Below, one piece after another: positions 41,801 through 50,015 of a stretch of DNA of 64,000 nt. The notes below the pieces were generated by a model. The model was not told the origin of the DNA. It made no database searches and was given only the letters and a program-made list of their open reading frames with translations. Source of the DNA: Methylomonas sp. Its GTDB lineage: Bacteria; Pseudomonadota; Gammaproteobacteria; Methylococcales; Methylomonadaceae. Made by a program: the position numbers and the translations under genes. Location: assembly GCA_026988155.1 (NCBI GenBank), contig JALSLW010000001.1, positions 11,869 through 75,868 of the forward strand, written 5' to 3'. Within the stretch, counting starts at the first letter, position 1. Each line of letters begins with the position of its first letter.

Positions 41801-44014
41801 GGATAAACCAAGTTTAGCAATTTTCTGTTCTGCTTCTTCTCTGTTTTGTACTAAAGGCCGGCCTTGAAACACCTGAGTTTTGTTTTCGTTGCGTTCTATA
41901 AATCCGGCCCGTTCCAGCCAGGAAACAGCGGTAAGCACTTTTGTTCCTGCACCATAATCATCAGCATCAAAGGTTGTCTCAACAGCTTCATCCTGTAATA
42001 GTTCGCCCGCAGTTACCACCGCATTGCCCAATTTATCCTTGCGAGTTCTGCGTAAACCTCTTAATATCTGAGCTATATCCCGTTGGTTCAATTGTGAGGA
42101 GGCTGAAAGCTGAAACTGGGCATCAATATCATTTTCATCAAACAGTAAGATACATTCTGCCTGTTCCTGGTCTCTCCCTGCCCGCCCAGCTTCTTGCAGA
42201 TAATTTTCCAGAGATCCGGGAATATCAGCGTGAATCACTAGCCGTACATCTTCTTTGTCTATGCCCATGCCAAAAGCATTGGTTGCTGTAATGACACGGG
42301 TGCTGCCACTGATAAAGTTTTCTTGGATATGCTTTTTCTCAGCAGATTCTTTGTTGGCATGAAAGGCTTCAGCCTTCCAGTTCTGCAACTGCAAAAACTC
42401 AGCAATTTCTTCGGTTTGACTGCGTTTGGCACAGTAGATAATGGCACTGCCGGTTTCTAGATCATCTAAGCGTTCATGCAGTAGCTTATTAATACGTGGA
42501 AATTTATCCGCACAGGTTACAATTTGGACTTCAAATTGCAGATTATTCCGCTCAACTCCACCTTCAAAAATACGCAAATCCTGGGCTAAATGTGATTTGA
42601 AATAATCTACTATTTCACTTTTAACATCTTGCTTGGCAGTTGCAGTAAAGCATTGTACGGGAGGTATCAGAGCATGCTGCTTATTTGCAAATTCCTTGAT
42701 AAAGCGGGCGGCATATAAATAGTCAGGTCTAAAATCATGCCCCCATTTTGATAGACAATGCGCTTCATCAAAGACCCAGCATCCAATTTCTCGGTGTTCA
42801 ATAGCTTTTTGAAATCCGCTATTGCGTAGCTGTTCAGGGGAGACATAAAGCAGGGCAATATCACCCATTTGTATGGATTTTAAAACTTCGCCTCTTTCGG
42901 GAGAAGTTAACATGCCATATAAAGCAGTGGCACTGGGAGATCCTGTTTTGCTACGCAGATTATCAACCTGATCTTTCATTAAGGCTTGCAGTGGCGAGAC
43001 AACAATTGTCAACATTCCTCGTCGCTGGTAGCGAACCAAAGCGGGCAGCTGAAAGCATAAAGATTTGCCACCGCCTGTTGGCAGCACCGCAAATATAGGT
43101 GAATCTGCCATCCCTGCATTAACGATTGTTTTCTGTAAACTTTCTCCCTGTTCATTTTTTGGTTTTATTCTAAAGGCAGGAAAACCAAAAAATCGTTGCA
43201 GCTGGCTCACGGAATTATGGGTTTCTCGACAGTAAATACAGCTATCTGATTGACAGGGAATATCCCGCAATTGGCGCAGTGCCGGAGCCACTTCATTAAA
43301 TTGCTGTCTGACCCAGGGAGGTAAAATAGAATTGCCGCCGGCTACTGTTATCCAGGCTAGGCAATAGGCCAATGCTGGGCGTGATTTTGGGTTTGGTAAG
43401 TATGATAGGATGACTTTATTAAAAGCAGTTGTGCAGACTTTATCCTTAGTTAGTTTTTTTAACAGATCAAATGCAGCCTTGGCCTTTATAGCTTCTGCTC
43501 CCATTGCAGAAAATGCTTGCTGAATGCCTGAAAATTGAGGGTTGTCGGCGAATGCGTAATGATAGAAGGATGAGATGGCGTATTGTGCATGCTGTGTCTG
43601 CAATGCATCCCATTGATCCTGAAATAATGATAGTGCTAGTTTTGCATCGGCTAATGGGTCATTTAAGCTGTCACTGACTAATTTATAGTTTTTAACTAGC
43701 CTATGATAAGGATTTTCCGGAAAAGCTAACGGTGATAAATATAGCGTATCAATCGCCGGTTTATTTAGGAAATTTAGCTTTGGCTTAATTGCACGGCAAA
43801 GAGGAAGGTCATGCAAAATGATATTATGACCTAGAGTAAATTCAGCATCTTTGGAAAAATCATCAAATTCATTTAGAACATGCTGTATTTTAAATGGTGC
43901 ACGGCGATGAAAATCCTGACCCTGATAAATAGCACCGAAAGCAAAAATTTTTCCATTCTCATCGCTTTCTAAATCCAGACTGCAGATTTTATTTTGTATG
44001 TCCGCCCAGTCCAT
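38852..44014 (-). CDS. 1720-aa fusion: DnaQ-like 3'-5' exonuclease + RecQ-family helicase + UvrD/PcrA-family helicase
   Basis: The exonuclease motifs LDLESD and GHNIILHDLPL are N-terminal. The RecQ motifs are LPTGGGKSLCFQLPAL, DEAHCLSKWGHDFRPDY, TNAFGMGIDKEDVRLVIHADIP and YLQEAGRAGRD. The UvrD motifs are AGPGSGKT, LVDEYQD, VGDDDQNIYQFRGA, ENYRSSK, TIHSVKGMEF and RRLFYVAMTRARETL. Confidence 0.85.
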   Translation of the reverse strand: MDWADIQNKICSLDLESDENGKIFAFGAIYQGQDFHRRAPFKIQHVLNEFDDFSKDAEFTLGHNIILHDLPLCRAIKPKLNFLNKPAIDTLYLSPLAFPENPYHRLVKNYKLVSDSLNDPLADAKLALSLFQDQWDALQTQHAQYAISSFYHYAFADNPQFSGIQQAFSAMGAEAIKAKAAFDLLKKLTKDKVCTTAFNKVILSYLPNPKSRPALAYCLAWITVAGGNSILPPWVRQQFNEVAPALRQLRDIPCQSDSCIYCRETHNSVSQLQRFFGFPAFRIKPKNEQGESLQKTIVNAGMADSPIFAVLPTGGGKSLCFQLPALVRYQRRGMLTIVVSPLQALMKDQVDNLRSKTGSPSATALYGMLTSPERGEVLKSIQMGDIALLYVSPEQLRNSGFQKAIEHREIGCWVFDEAHCLSKWGHDFRPDYLYAARFIKEFANKQHALIPPVQCFTATAKQDVKSEIVDYFKSHLAQDLRIFEGGVERNNLQFEVQIVTCADKFPRINKLLHERLDDLETGSAIIYCAKRSQTEEIAEFLQLQNWKAEAFHANKESAEKKHIQENFISGSTRVITATNAFGMGIDKEDVRLVIHADIPGSLENYLQEAGRAGRDQEQAECILLFDENDIDAQFQLSASSQLNQRDIAQILRGLRRTRKDKLGNAVVTAGELLQDEAVETTFDADDYGAGTKVLTAVSWLERAGFIERNENKTQVFQGRPLVQNREEAEQKIAKLGLSARQKKRWLAILDELFNADSDEGFSADELAQLSEFSKDSSEQKPARNETASQLVIRTLYDMSSAGIIQKNLLLTAFVRYKVSNASTRLLQQICQLEIALLKLLQEQAPDAEPEDWQVLSLRHVNQHLLDQGFKDCNPETLRLLLVSISRDGQGLAANKGSLFLRHSSQDQYRIKLNRGWKAVTATVVRRQTVAQIALNTILQKIPADTRAGGDILVEFSIEDIIAALKQDIELHAHLKDPLAAVERGLNFLHEQKIITLQKGLAVFRQAMTIQVLPESKGRRYNKGDFEPLSQHYSERIFQVHVMNEYARKGLEKIGHALSFVVAYFSQDKTEFVKNYFKGRKEIIQRATSQQSFQRIVSDLQNPQQQSLVAAHENDNNLILAGPGSGKTRVVVHRCAYLLRVKQVPAKSILVLCFNRNAAIELRQRLMDLVGNDAKFVTIQTYHGLSLRISGHALTGIDSVDENSSIQFQNMIKQAIELLIGQHSCLNVAGDEMRDRLLAGYRFILVDEYQDIDELQYQLISALAGRKQDEDRQLSILAVGDDDQNIYQFRGANIGFIRQFEQDYQARMHYLVENYRSSKHIIDASNQLIEKNQDRMKQQHPIRVNQARKQLPAGGRWSKLDPLAKGRVQMLLCKSEIHQAQALILELQRLRQLDNSLDWSQCTILTTEWRLLHPVRTCLQENDIPFSLALPKQSQPPPFRIRENLALLNAIKQDSKALCTASDWLDWLQKKPQNFWMQQLLQLLKNWQIETDNENTSKRQLLEYLYESLAEHSRNSRLGQGVFLSTIHSVKGMEFSHVFILDGGWKPVASEEQRRLFYVAMTRARETLCLLQRQDQDNPYCQTLNGDFILQRSSNPEFETKMPLENKQYIVLGLKDFDLSYAGSFVKKHPIHQLLSNLSVGSKVMIISRKGKIAIEAETMTIAILSKKSQLQWQDRLKNIQSASIVAMITRYQTDSDKQYLSRCKVEQWEIPLIEVELKYD

Positions 44015-44369
44015 TGTATTATATTTTTATCATGTGTCCGAGCGTTGTCCCAATGGCTGATTTTCTAGGGTTATGGGTGTCTTTTTTCTGTGATGTTCGA
44101 CATTTCTCTATGCTCCAATAAAAATTCTGCGCAGTTGACAGTGTTATTTTGTGCGCGTTCCTCATTGATTTTGAATGATTATAACTGCTAGTCGCTGGCT
44201 CATCAATATTAGAAGGTGCTGCGAGGTGAACGGGTAAACTGTGCCTGCAAAATTGGCATTTTCGCGATTCATGGTAGTAAAGAGAGAGTATAATCAAGTG
44301 AACATAGATTCCTGCCATCTGTAAAGGGAGGATTTATTAATCTATCAATAAAAGTTTACACGAGAAATT

Positions 44370-45338
44370 ATGAAAAAAATGACAGGGCTTTTTGCAACCG
44401 TATTAATTAGTCTTACACTTATTATAGCGAGTGTCTCAGATGCTGAAGCGAGACGTTTTGGTGCGGGTCGCTCTTTTGGCGGAAAATCTTCCTATGGATC
44501 ACCTTTTAAGCGATCTGCAAAATCGACAGCTGCACGTTCAGCCAGTCAGCAGAAAGCCCATAACCAAAATCAGTCGGCTAGACAAAGTATGAGTCGACGC
44601 GGTGGATTAATGGGTATGCTTGGAGGCCTGGCTCTGGGCGGTTTGCTTGGATCTATGTTTTTTGGCGGTGCATTTGAAGGAATCAATTTTATGGATATCC
44701 TAATGTTTGGCGGCATTGGCTATCTGCTATTCAGGCTATTTGCCGCTAAGGCCGGTGCCGGACGAAGAGGGTCTGCCTACAGCAGTGACGGTTATAGTTC
44801 TCAGCAAACGCAGTCACAGTACACCCCCGAACCATTTGGCGGGACAGCGCAGCAGAAGGCAGGTTTTGATACTGACATGCTGTTTAATAAAGATAAAAAA
44901 TACAAAGAAACTTTTCAACAGCCTTCCGATCAGATTGATGCCGATTTTGAAGAAAATATTATTCCCGCTGGTTTTGATGAGGATGACTTTCTTGCAGGTG
45001 CAAAAACTGCTTATGAAGATCTGCAAAAAGCCTGGGATAATCGTGATCTTGCCGATATAAGAGGGTTAACTACGGACAAAGTTTTTGCAGAAATTCAGGA
45101 TCAATTAAAAGAATCTGCAGAGACCAACCATACAGACGTGTTAAAAATTGATGCTGAATTATTAAGTGTTAGAGAAATAGGTTCTGAGCTGGAAGCTGTG
45201 GTTTTATTCGATTCTATAATAAGGGAAGAAGTAAATGCTCAGGCCGAACAGATAAGAGAAGTCTGGCATTTTATAAAGCCTAAAAACAGTATTCAGCCAA
45301 AATGGTATTTGGATGGCATTCAGCAGTTAGAACAATAA
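44370..45338 (+). CDS. Tim44-like domain protein (signal/TM, Gly-rich segment, C-terminal Tim44-type domain)
   Basis: N-terminal signal, a GGLMGMLGGLALGGLLGSMFFGGAFEG membrane segment, and C-terminal FLAGAKTAYEDLQKAWDNRDLADIRGLTTDKVFAEIQ.... Confidence 0.7.
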   Translation: MKKMTGLFATVLISLTLIIASVSDAEARRFGAGRSFGGKSSYGSPFKRSAKSTAARSASQQKAHNQNQSARQSMSRRGGLMGMLGGLALGGLLGSMFFGGAFEGINFMDILMFGGIGYLLFRLFAAKAGAGRRGSAYSSDGYSSQQTQSQYTPEPFGGTAQQKAGFDTDMLFNKDKKYKETFQQPSDQIDADFEENIIPAGFDEDDFLAGAKTAYEDLQKAWDNRDLADIRGLTTDKVFAEIQDQLKESAETNHTDVLKIDAELLSVREIGSELEAVVLFDSIIREEVNAQAEQIREVWHFIKPKNSIQPKWYLDGIQQLEQ

Positions 45339-45347
45339 AGAAACCAG

Positions 45348-45965
45348 ATGAAAACTGAAAGCGAAAAAACAAAAAATAGGTATGATCGGCTGGCGCCCTA
45401 TTTTGATGCCCTTGAAGGCTTTTTAGAAGGTTTGTTTTTTAGCGAATGGCGCAAGACTTTATGGGGTAAAGTGCAGGGTGAACATATTTTGGAAGTGGGT
45501 GTGGGGACAGGCAAAAACTTTCCCTATTATCCTAAAAATACCAGAATAACGGCATTGGACTTTAGCGAAAAAATGCTGGAAAGGGCTAAAGTAAAAAAGT
45601 TGCGCAGCAATGTTGCGGTTGAACTGGAGCTTATGGATGTCCAGTCCTTATGCTACGCTGACAATAGTTTTGATACCGTTATTGCAACCTTTGTGTTCTG
45701 CTCTGTTCCTCAGCCAGTCAAAGGCTTGCAGGAGCTGTATCGAGTCTGCAAGCCCGGAGGGCAAGTTTTGCTGCTTGAGCATGTGTTGAGTTCTAAACCG
45801 ATGATGGCAAAAATGATGAAAATGATTAATCCGCTTATTGCTTCTGTTTTTGGAGCAAATATTAATAGACAGACAGTTAAAAGTATTCAGTCCTGTGGCT
45901 TTGATAAAGTGATTTTAGATCCAGCCAGCCGTGATATGGTTAAACTGATTCAGGCGATAAAATAG
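45348..45965 (+). CDS. Class I SAM-dependent methyltransferase
   Basis: ILEVGVGTGKNFPYY (motif I), then DNSFDTVIATFVFCSV and CKPGGQVLLLEH. Confidence 0.8.
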   Translation: MKTESEKTKNRYDRLAPYFDALEGFLEGLFFSEWRKTLWGKVQGEHILEVGVGTGKNFPYYPKNTRITALDFSEKMLERAKVKKLRSNVAVELELMDVQSLCYADNSFDTVIATFVFCSVPQPVKGLQELYRVCKPGGQVLLLEHVLSSKPMMAKMMKMINPLIASVFGANINRQTVKSIQSCGFDKVILDPASRDMVKLIQAIK

Positions 45966-46000
45966 TCCCACTCATCTGATGAGAGCTGAAAAACTTGCTT

Positions 46001-46160
46001 AGGTAACGCGCATTAAATAACCTACCCAGATTGCGCAGGATTTTTATTCGTCTTCAAGGCGCAACAAAGGGAGCATAGCAAGCTATGTGACCGAAGTTGC
46101 AACGCTGAAGACGGATAAAAAGACAAGCAAGGTTGGTGGGTTATTTATTGCGAGTTGCCT
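46001..46160. repeat. 160-bp imperfect palindromic repeat, family 1, copy B
   Basis: Same orientation and near-identical sequence to 5255-5414 (5 substitutions by eye). It lies between convergent genes. Confidence 0.9.
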
Positions 46161-46228
46161 TAAGCCTATAATTTAATAGGTTGTATTCAAATTTAGCGAT
46201 CATCCCTAAATCGGCAATTTCGCGTCTT

Positions 46229-46272
46229 CATAACAGGCGACTGCCTTAGTTTACTTTGCATCGCCTGTTATG
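46229..46272 (-). terminator. Candidate terminator hairpin downstream of the multicopper oxidase gene
   Basis: CATAACAGGCGA (46229-46240) pairs with TCGCCTGTTATG (46261-46272), with a 20-nt loop. Confidence 0.35.
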
Positions 46273-46316
46273 TCCCCTAGGGAGAATGTTAGATGTTTTT
46301 TACTTCAGCCTCACTT

Positions 46317-47987
46317 TTATTTAATTAAAAAATCACGCATCATTCCCATATCCTCATGCTCTAGATTGTGGCAGTGATACATAAACATCCCCTTAAAATC
46401 ATTAAAAGGTTTTAAAAATGTTACTCTTTCTCCCGGCATAACCAAGACTGTGTCTTTCCAGCCACTATCAACCAAGCCCTCAGAAATTGAAGCATGTGCC
46501 GATCTGTGGCGGGAATTGACTTCACGCTTTATTATCTGAAACTGTTCGCCATGCAAATGCATAGGGTGGGGCATTCCCATCATACCCATACTGCGGCTAT
46601 AGCCATTATCAAAGGCCATTAACTGCAATGTATTGACGGGGATAACTTCATCGGGTCTAATATCATCCATTTTATAAGATCGCCCATTTAGCAATGCTGA
46701 CATACGGCGCATAGATAAAGTAATGGTTCTTGGCTTGCCGGCATTAATTGAATCGCTTAAGCGGAGCGGAGTAATAGGGGTTAAGCGTTTAGGAAATGAA
46801 TCATTGCTTTTCGCATTTTTCACTATTTTTACTTTTAGCACCGAGTACTCTCCACCCAATGGCAATGAATTGCCGGACATCATTTTTCCCATGCCGCCAC
46901 GACGGCCTCCGCCCATCATGCCCATGCCTCCGCGTCCACCCATCATCCCGCCTCCGCCCATTCCCCCCATCATGCCTCCATGCATAGAAGAGGCTTCAAA
47001 AGGGATGGAGCGCAAAGTCAATTCGGTGCCAATCGGCTTGTCACTAAAATCAATCCACAACTCACGTCTTTCCGCCGGAGCCAGCATTACATAAGGCATA
47101 GATTCTGGTTTTTCTATCAGACCACCATCTGTACCGATGACAGTAACAGGTGAGCCATCATCCCAGGCTAGTTTGTAAATCCGTGAATTGGAACCATTCA
47201 ATAGCCGTAGGCGATATGATCGTTTTTCTACAGGCAATACGAAATCAGGTTTGCCGTTGATCATGATTTGATCGCCCAGAAAACCCATCATTCGCTGCAT
47301 CATGTGCGTTATGTAGACCAGCTGATTACGGCTGTCAAAATTACGATCCTGGATAACAATAGGCACATCATATTTTCCGCTAGGCAGGCCTAAAGCCTTT
47401 TCTTCTTCATCACTGACGATAATCAGGCCTGCAAGTCCGGAATATACTTGCTTAGCCGTTACACTATGAGTGTGTGCATGGTACCAATAGGTGCCGGCCC
47501 TATTAAGAACCTCAAATTCGTAAACAAAAGTTTCGCCATGACTAATGGCATACATTGGGTTGCCATCCATTTTTGATGGCACATGCAACCCATGCCAATG
47601 CAAAATAGAATGCGCTGGAAGATTGTTTTTCAAATAGATTCTTACTTTCTGGCCTTTCTGAAAATTAAGTGTGGGACCCAGATACGAACCGGGTATTTCG
47701 CTAATGGTATCAGGCGAGCCTTTTAATACTTTTCCGAATACTTTCCATATCCTGGTTTCAGGGCCTTTAAAAATTGGGATTTTAACTGCTTCCTGGGTCA
47801 ATTCAATTTCAACGTCAGCATGAAAGTTTGCCGAAGGCCGGCTTGAGGTCCCCATGTTGAGGGCTTGTGCTAAAGATGGGCAGGTCGCGACTGCTGTGGC
47901 CGTTACCCCTGCATATTGCATGAACTTTCGGCGTTGATTGTTTATTTCTTTAGTCATATTGCCACCCCTGCTGTATATTAAATTCAT
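46317..47987 (-). CDS. Tat-exported multicopper oxidase with Met/Gly-rich insert (CueO-like)
   Basis: Twin-arginine signal QRRKFMQYAG. The four MCO copper motifs HWHGLH, WYHAHTH, HPMHLHG and HCHNLEHEDMGMM are present, plus the insert MHGGMMGGMGGGGMMGGRGGMGMMGGGRRGGMGKMM. The start may be the internal Met (MTKEINN). Confidence 0.88.
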   Translation of the reverse strand: MNLIYSRGGNMTKEINNQRRKFMQYAGVTATAVATCPSLAQALNMGTSSRPSANFHADVEIELTQEAVKIPIFKGPETRIWKVFGKVLKGSPDTISEIPGSYLGPTLNFQKGQKVRIYLKNNLPAHSILHWHGLHVPSKMDGNPMYAISHGETFVYEFEVLNRAGTYWYHAHTHSVTAKQVYSGLAGLIIVSDEEEKALGLPSGKYDVPIVIQDRNFDSRNQLVYITHMMQRMMGFLGDQIMINGKPDFVLPVEKRSYRLRLLNGSNSRIYKLAWDDGSPVTVIGTDGGLIEKPESMPYVMLAPAERRELWIDFSDKPIGTELTLRSIPFEASSMHGGMMGGMGGGGMMGGRGGMGMMGGGRRGGMGKMMSGNSLPLGGEYSVLKVKIVKNAKSNDSFPKRLTPITPLRLSDSINAGKPRTITLSMRRMSALLNGRSYKMDDIRPDEVIPVNTLQLMAFDNGYSRSMGMMGMPHPMHLHGEQFQIIKREVNSRHRSAHASISEGLVDSGWKDTVLVMPGERVTFLKPFNDFKGMFMYHCHNLEHEDMGMMRDFLIK

Positions 47988-48138
47988 ATATTAGATAATA
48001 ATAATATACCTAAGTTCAATTGATAACAACCTTTCTTGGGTTTATACCAGTTTTAAAGAAAGTCAGCATTTGCATGCTCGCTTTCTAGCAGAGTCATTTC
48101 AATAGATATTCCGCAAAATCCGTATTCAACACATATTT

Positions 48139-48573
48139 TTAAATCAGTATTTTTCTAAAATGATAGCAGGCAATATCAAGTCGTTCACGTAGATAAAAGC
48201 GATGTGCTCCATGACGCTGAACTCCGGAATCCAAGTGCAATTCATGGCAGTCACGCTGTTTTGCATAGTCTGAAACCCAATTTAGCAGCGCTTGCCCAAA
48301 ACCTTTGGAGCGAAATTGTTCGATAGTAATCAAATCGTCAATATATACAAATTTTCCCCATGCAAGTGATTCGGCAATGCGAAACCCAGACAATGCACAG
48401 ACCTTGCCGTTTGCAAACAGGTAGGCTAATTCATAATGATTATGTCGCTGCATTCGCTTAATGGTTTCAATATATTGCAGCTCAATTAGATGAGGACGTA
48501 AATAATGCATGGCTGTAAAAGTAGCTGCAATTTCTTGATCAGTATTGGCAAATTGAATTGTGTAATGCATCAC
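48139..48573 (-). CDS. GNAT-family N-acetyltransferase
   Basis: The acetyl-CoA motif A is QFRSKGFGQALLNWV, and the length of 144 aa is typical. Confidence 0.8.
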   Translation of the reverse strand: MMHYTIQFANTDQEIAATFTAMHYLRPHLIELQYIETIKRMQRHNHYELAYLFANGKVCALSGFRIAESLAWGKFVYIDDLITIEQFRSKGFGQALLNWVSDYAKQRDCHELHLDSGVQRHGAHRFYLRERLDIACYHFRKILI

Positions 48574-48721
48574 ATTTAGATAGGTAAGTTAATTGGGTGA
48601 ATGATTTTAACCTATGCTAAAGATGAGGTTAGCAACTGGCAGACAATTAGTACTCCATAATGAAAAAAGGTTTATATTTATTACAGTGCAAGTAATTGTT
48701 TTTATTGTGATAAATAAAAAT

Positions 48722-48759
48722 CTGTGACTTAAATCACGAAATAGGTAATAATTATATGA
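48722..48759 (+). promoter_or_regulatory. Promoter-like module shared with 49785-49822
   Basis: CTGTGACTTAAATCACGAAATAGGTAATAATTATATGA contains a 17-nt block AAATAGGTAATAATTAT (48739-48755) identical to 49802-49818. Possible -35 is GTGACT and -10 is AATAAT with a 17-nt spacer. An alternative reading is a CRP-like TGTGA-N6-TCACG site at 48723-48738. Confidence 0.4.
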
Positions 48760-48870
48760 CATTTCTGCCAAAAAGCTATTTTTTACCGTTTTATTGTCTT
48801 GGATTAATTTGTTAAGTACTTAATTTATATTGACTAATTCAAGTTTTTTAATTATGCGAATTATTTTTTA

Positions 48871-49758
48871 TTGAGTTTTATGTCGACACCATCCCCTGCA
48901 AACTATAAGCTGCCTTCGAGGCTTTATCGACGGTTTCTAATGGTAACTGCAGCCTGGCCAGGTTCAAGAGTGGACTCTGGATCATTGCTGGTTAGAATTT
49001 ATCCGGGCAAGGATAAGGCCCCCCTTTATTGGGCGGGTTCGCCAGATGTATTGGAGAGTTTTAATCAGCAGATTGCTGGCGAACGCCCCATTTACTGCAT
49101 GAGTACAACTTGGGAGGTGGTACCGCCAACTGAATTCAATATTAAATCATTGGCATTATATTATGTTGCAGAAATTCTTAAGGTTCAACCCTCCGGGCCT
49201 TACTTGCTGGGAGGGTTTTGTGAGGCCGGGGCAATTACCTTTGAAGTGGCAAAAATATTGACTGAACTCGGACATAAAATTGATTTGCTGGTTTTTTGTG
49301 AAAGAGAGGTAACTAAACGCAACAGAAGTATTGTTTTTTTTAAAGCTCTGTACCAGCTGCGTGAAAATGTGGAGTTACGCATAATTCATTTTGTGGCAAA
49401 TCCATGGCAATGTGTTAAAGAAGTCATGCATACAAAAATGCTGCAGCTTAAAAGGCTTAGTAAACTTTTATTTCGATTTTTTCATAAACCGAAAAAAAAC
49501 CCATCTGAGTCATCTGAACCCTTATATAAACTCTCACCTCAAACTGAAAAGATCCATTTGATTTATGTAAAGTGGGGGGTGCTGGGCTTTTACCGGTTTA
49601 GCTTTTTCCAGAAATTTTGGAATGATGTTGCGCTTGGCGGTGCCAAGTTTCATACCATTAATGGTCGGTGGCACAATCGGCCGGACTGGAATAAAGTGGC
49701 TAAAATTGTGAAGCACTTGATAGATGAGTCATCCTCGAAGAAATTTCGTGAGGAATAA
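48871..49758 (+). CDS. Thioesterase-domain-like alpha/beta hydrolase with Cys in the nucleophile position
   Basis: APLYWAGSPDV...PIYCM...IKSLALYYVAEILKVQPSGPYLLGGFCEAGAITFEVAKIL follows the PKS/NRPS TE pattern (GPY-L-G-x-S-x-G-G), but with GFCEAG. TTG start in the ORF track. Confidence 0.5.
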   Translation: MSFMSTPSPANYKLPSRLYRRFLMVTAAWPGSRVDSGSLLVRIYPGKDKAPLYWAGSPDVLESFNQQIAGERPIYCMSTTWEVVPPTEFNIKSLALYYVAEILKVQPSGPYLLGGFCEAGAITFEVAKILTELGHKIDLLVFCEREVTKRNRSIVFFKALYQLRENVELRIIHFVANPWQCVKEVMHTKMLQLKRLSKLLFRFFHKPKKNPSESSEPLYKLSPQTEKIHLIYVKWGVLGFYRFSFFQKFWNDVALGGAKFHTINGRWHNRPDWNKVAKIVKHLIDESSSKKFREE

Positions 49759-49784
49759 TAAATAATTTAATATTTTTAAAAAAA

Positions 49785-49833
49785 CTGTGACATAGTTATC
49801 AAAATAGGTAATAATTATGTGAAGTAATTCACA
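49785..49833 (+). promoter_or_regulatory. Second copy of the promoter-like module plus a perfect TGTGA-N6-TCACA palindrome
   Basis: CTGTGACATAGTTATCAAAATAGGTAATAATTATGTGA (-35 GTGACA, 17 nt, -10 AATAAT) is immediately followed and overlapped by TGTGAAGTAATTCACA (49818-49833). Confidence 0.45.
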
Positions 49834-49855
49834 GTTTTTATTTTTATAGGTTTTT

Positions 49856-50015
49856 AGGTAACGCGCAATAAATAACCTACCCAGATTGCGCAGAATTTTT
49901 ATTCGTCTTCAAGGCGCAACGAAGGGAGCATAGCAAGCTATGTGACCGAAGTTGCAACGCTGAAGATGGATAAAAAGACAAGCAAGATTGGTGGGTTATT
50001 TATTGCGAGTTGCCT
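49856..50015. repeat. 160-bp imperfect palindromic repeat, family 1, copy C
   Basis: Same orientation as copies A and B (6 substitutions versus A). It lies between the promoter-like module and the ACAD-like gene. ORF 49942..50190 is read through it and is probably spurious. Confidence 0.9.

Noticed and set aside
44088-44103. CTGTGATGTTCGACAT resembles a LexA box (CTGT-N8-ACAG) upstream of the exonuclease-RecQ-UvrD gene.
   Set aside because: It has a mismatch in the conserved right half-site (ACAT) and an atypical spacer without a TA-rich pattern. That is too weak to call SOS regulation without a genome-specific LexA motif.
44019-44318. A 99-aa ORF immediately upstream of the giant helicase gene on the same strand, considered as a possible partner gene.
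   Set aside because: The composition (many His, Cys, Ser and Lys residues, with no motif or hydrophobic pattern) looks like translated promoter DNA. It occupies the divergent promoter region shared with the Tim44-like gene. Ribosome profiling or homology searches could revive it.
46723-47094. Pro-rich ORFs (123 aa and 63 aa) on the plus strand inside the multicopper oxidase gene.
   Set aside because: They are the antisense reading of the Gly/Met-repeat codons (GGN/ATG read as CCN/CAT). The minus-strand protein has all four copper-binding motifs.
48723-48738. TGTGACTTAAATCACG considered as a CRP-binding site upstream of the thioesterase-like gene.
   Set aside because: The left half coincides with what reads better as a -35 element of a duplicated promoter module, and the second module copy has a degenerate right half (TATCA). 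Only the separate perfect palindrome at 49818-49833 is kept as a candidate operator.
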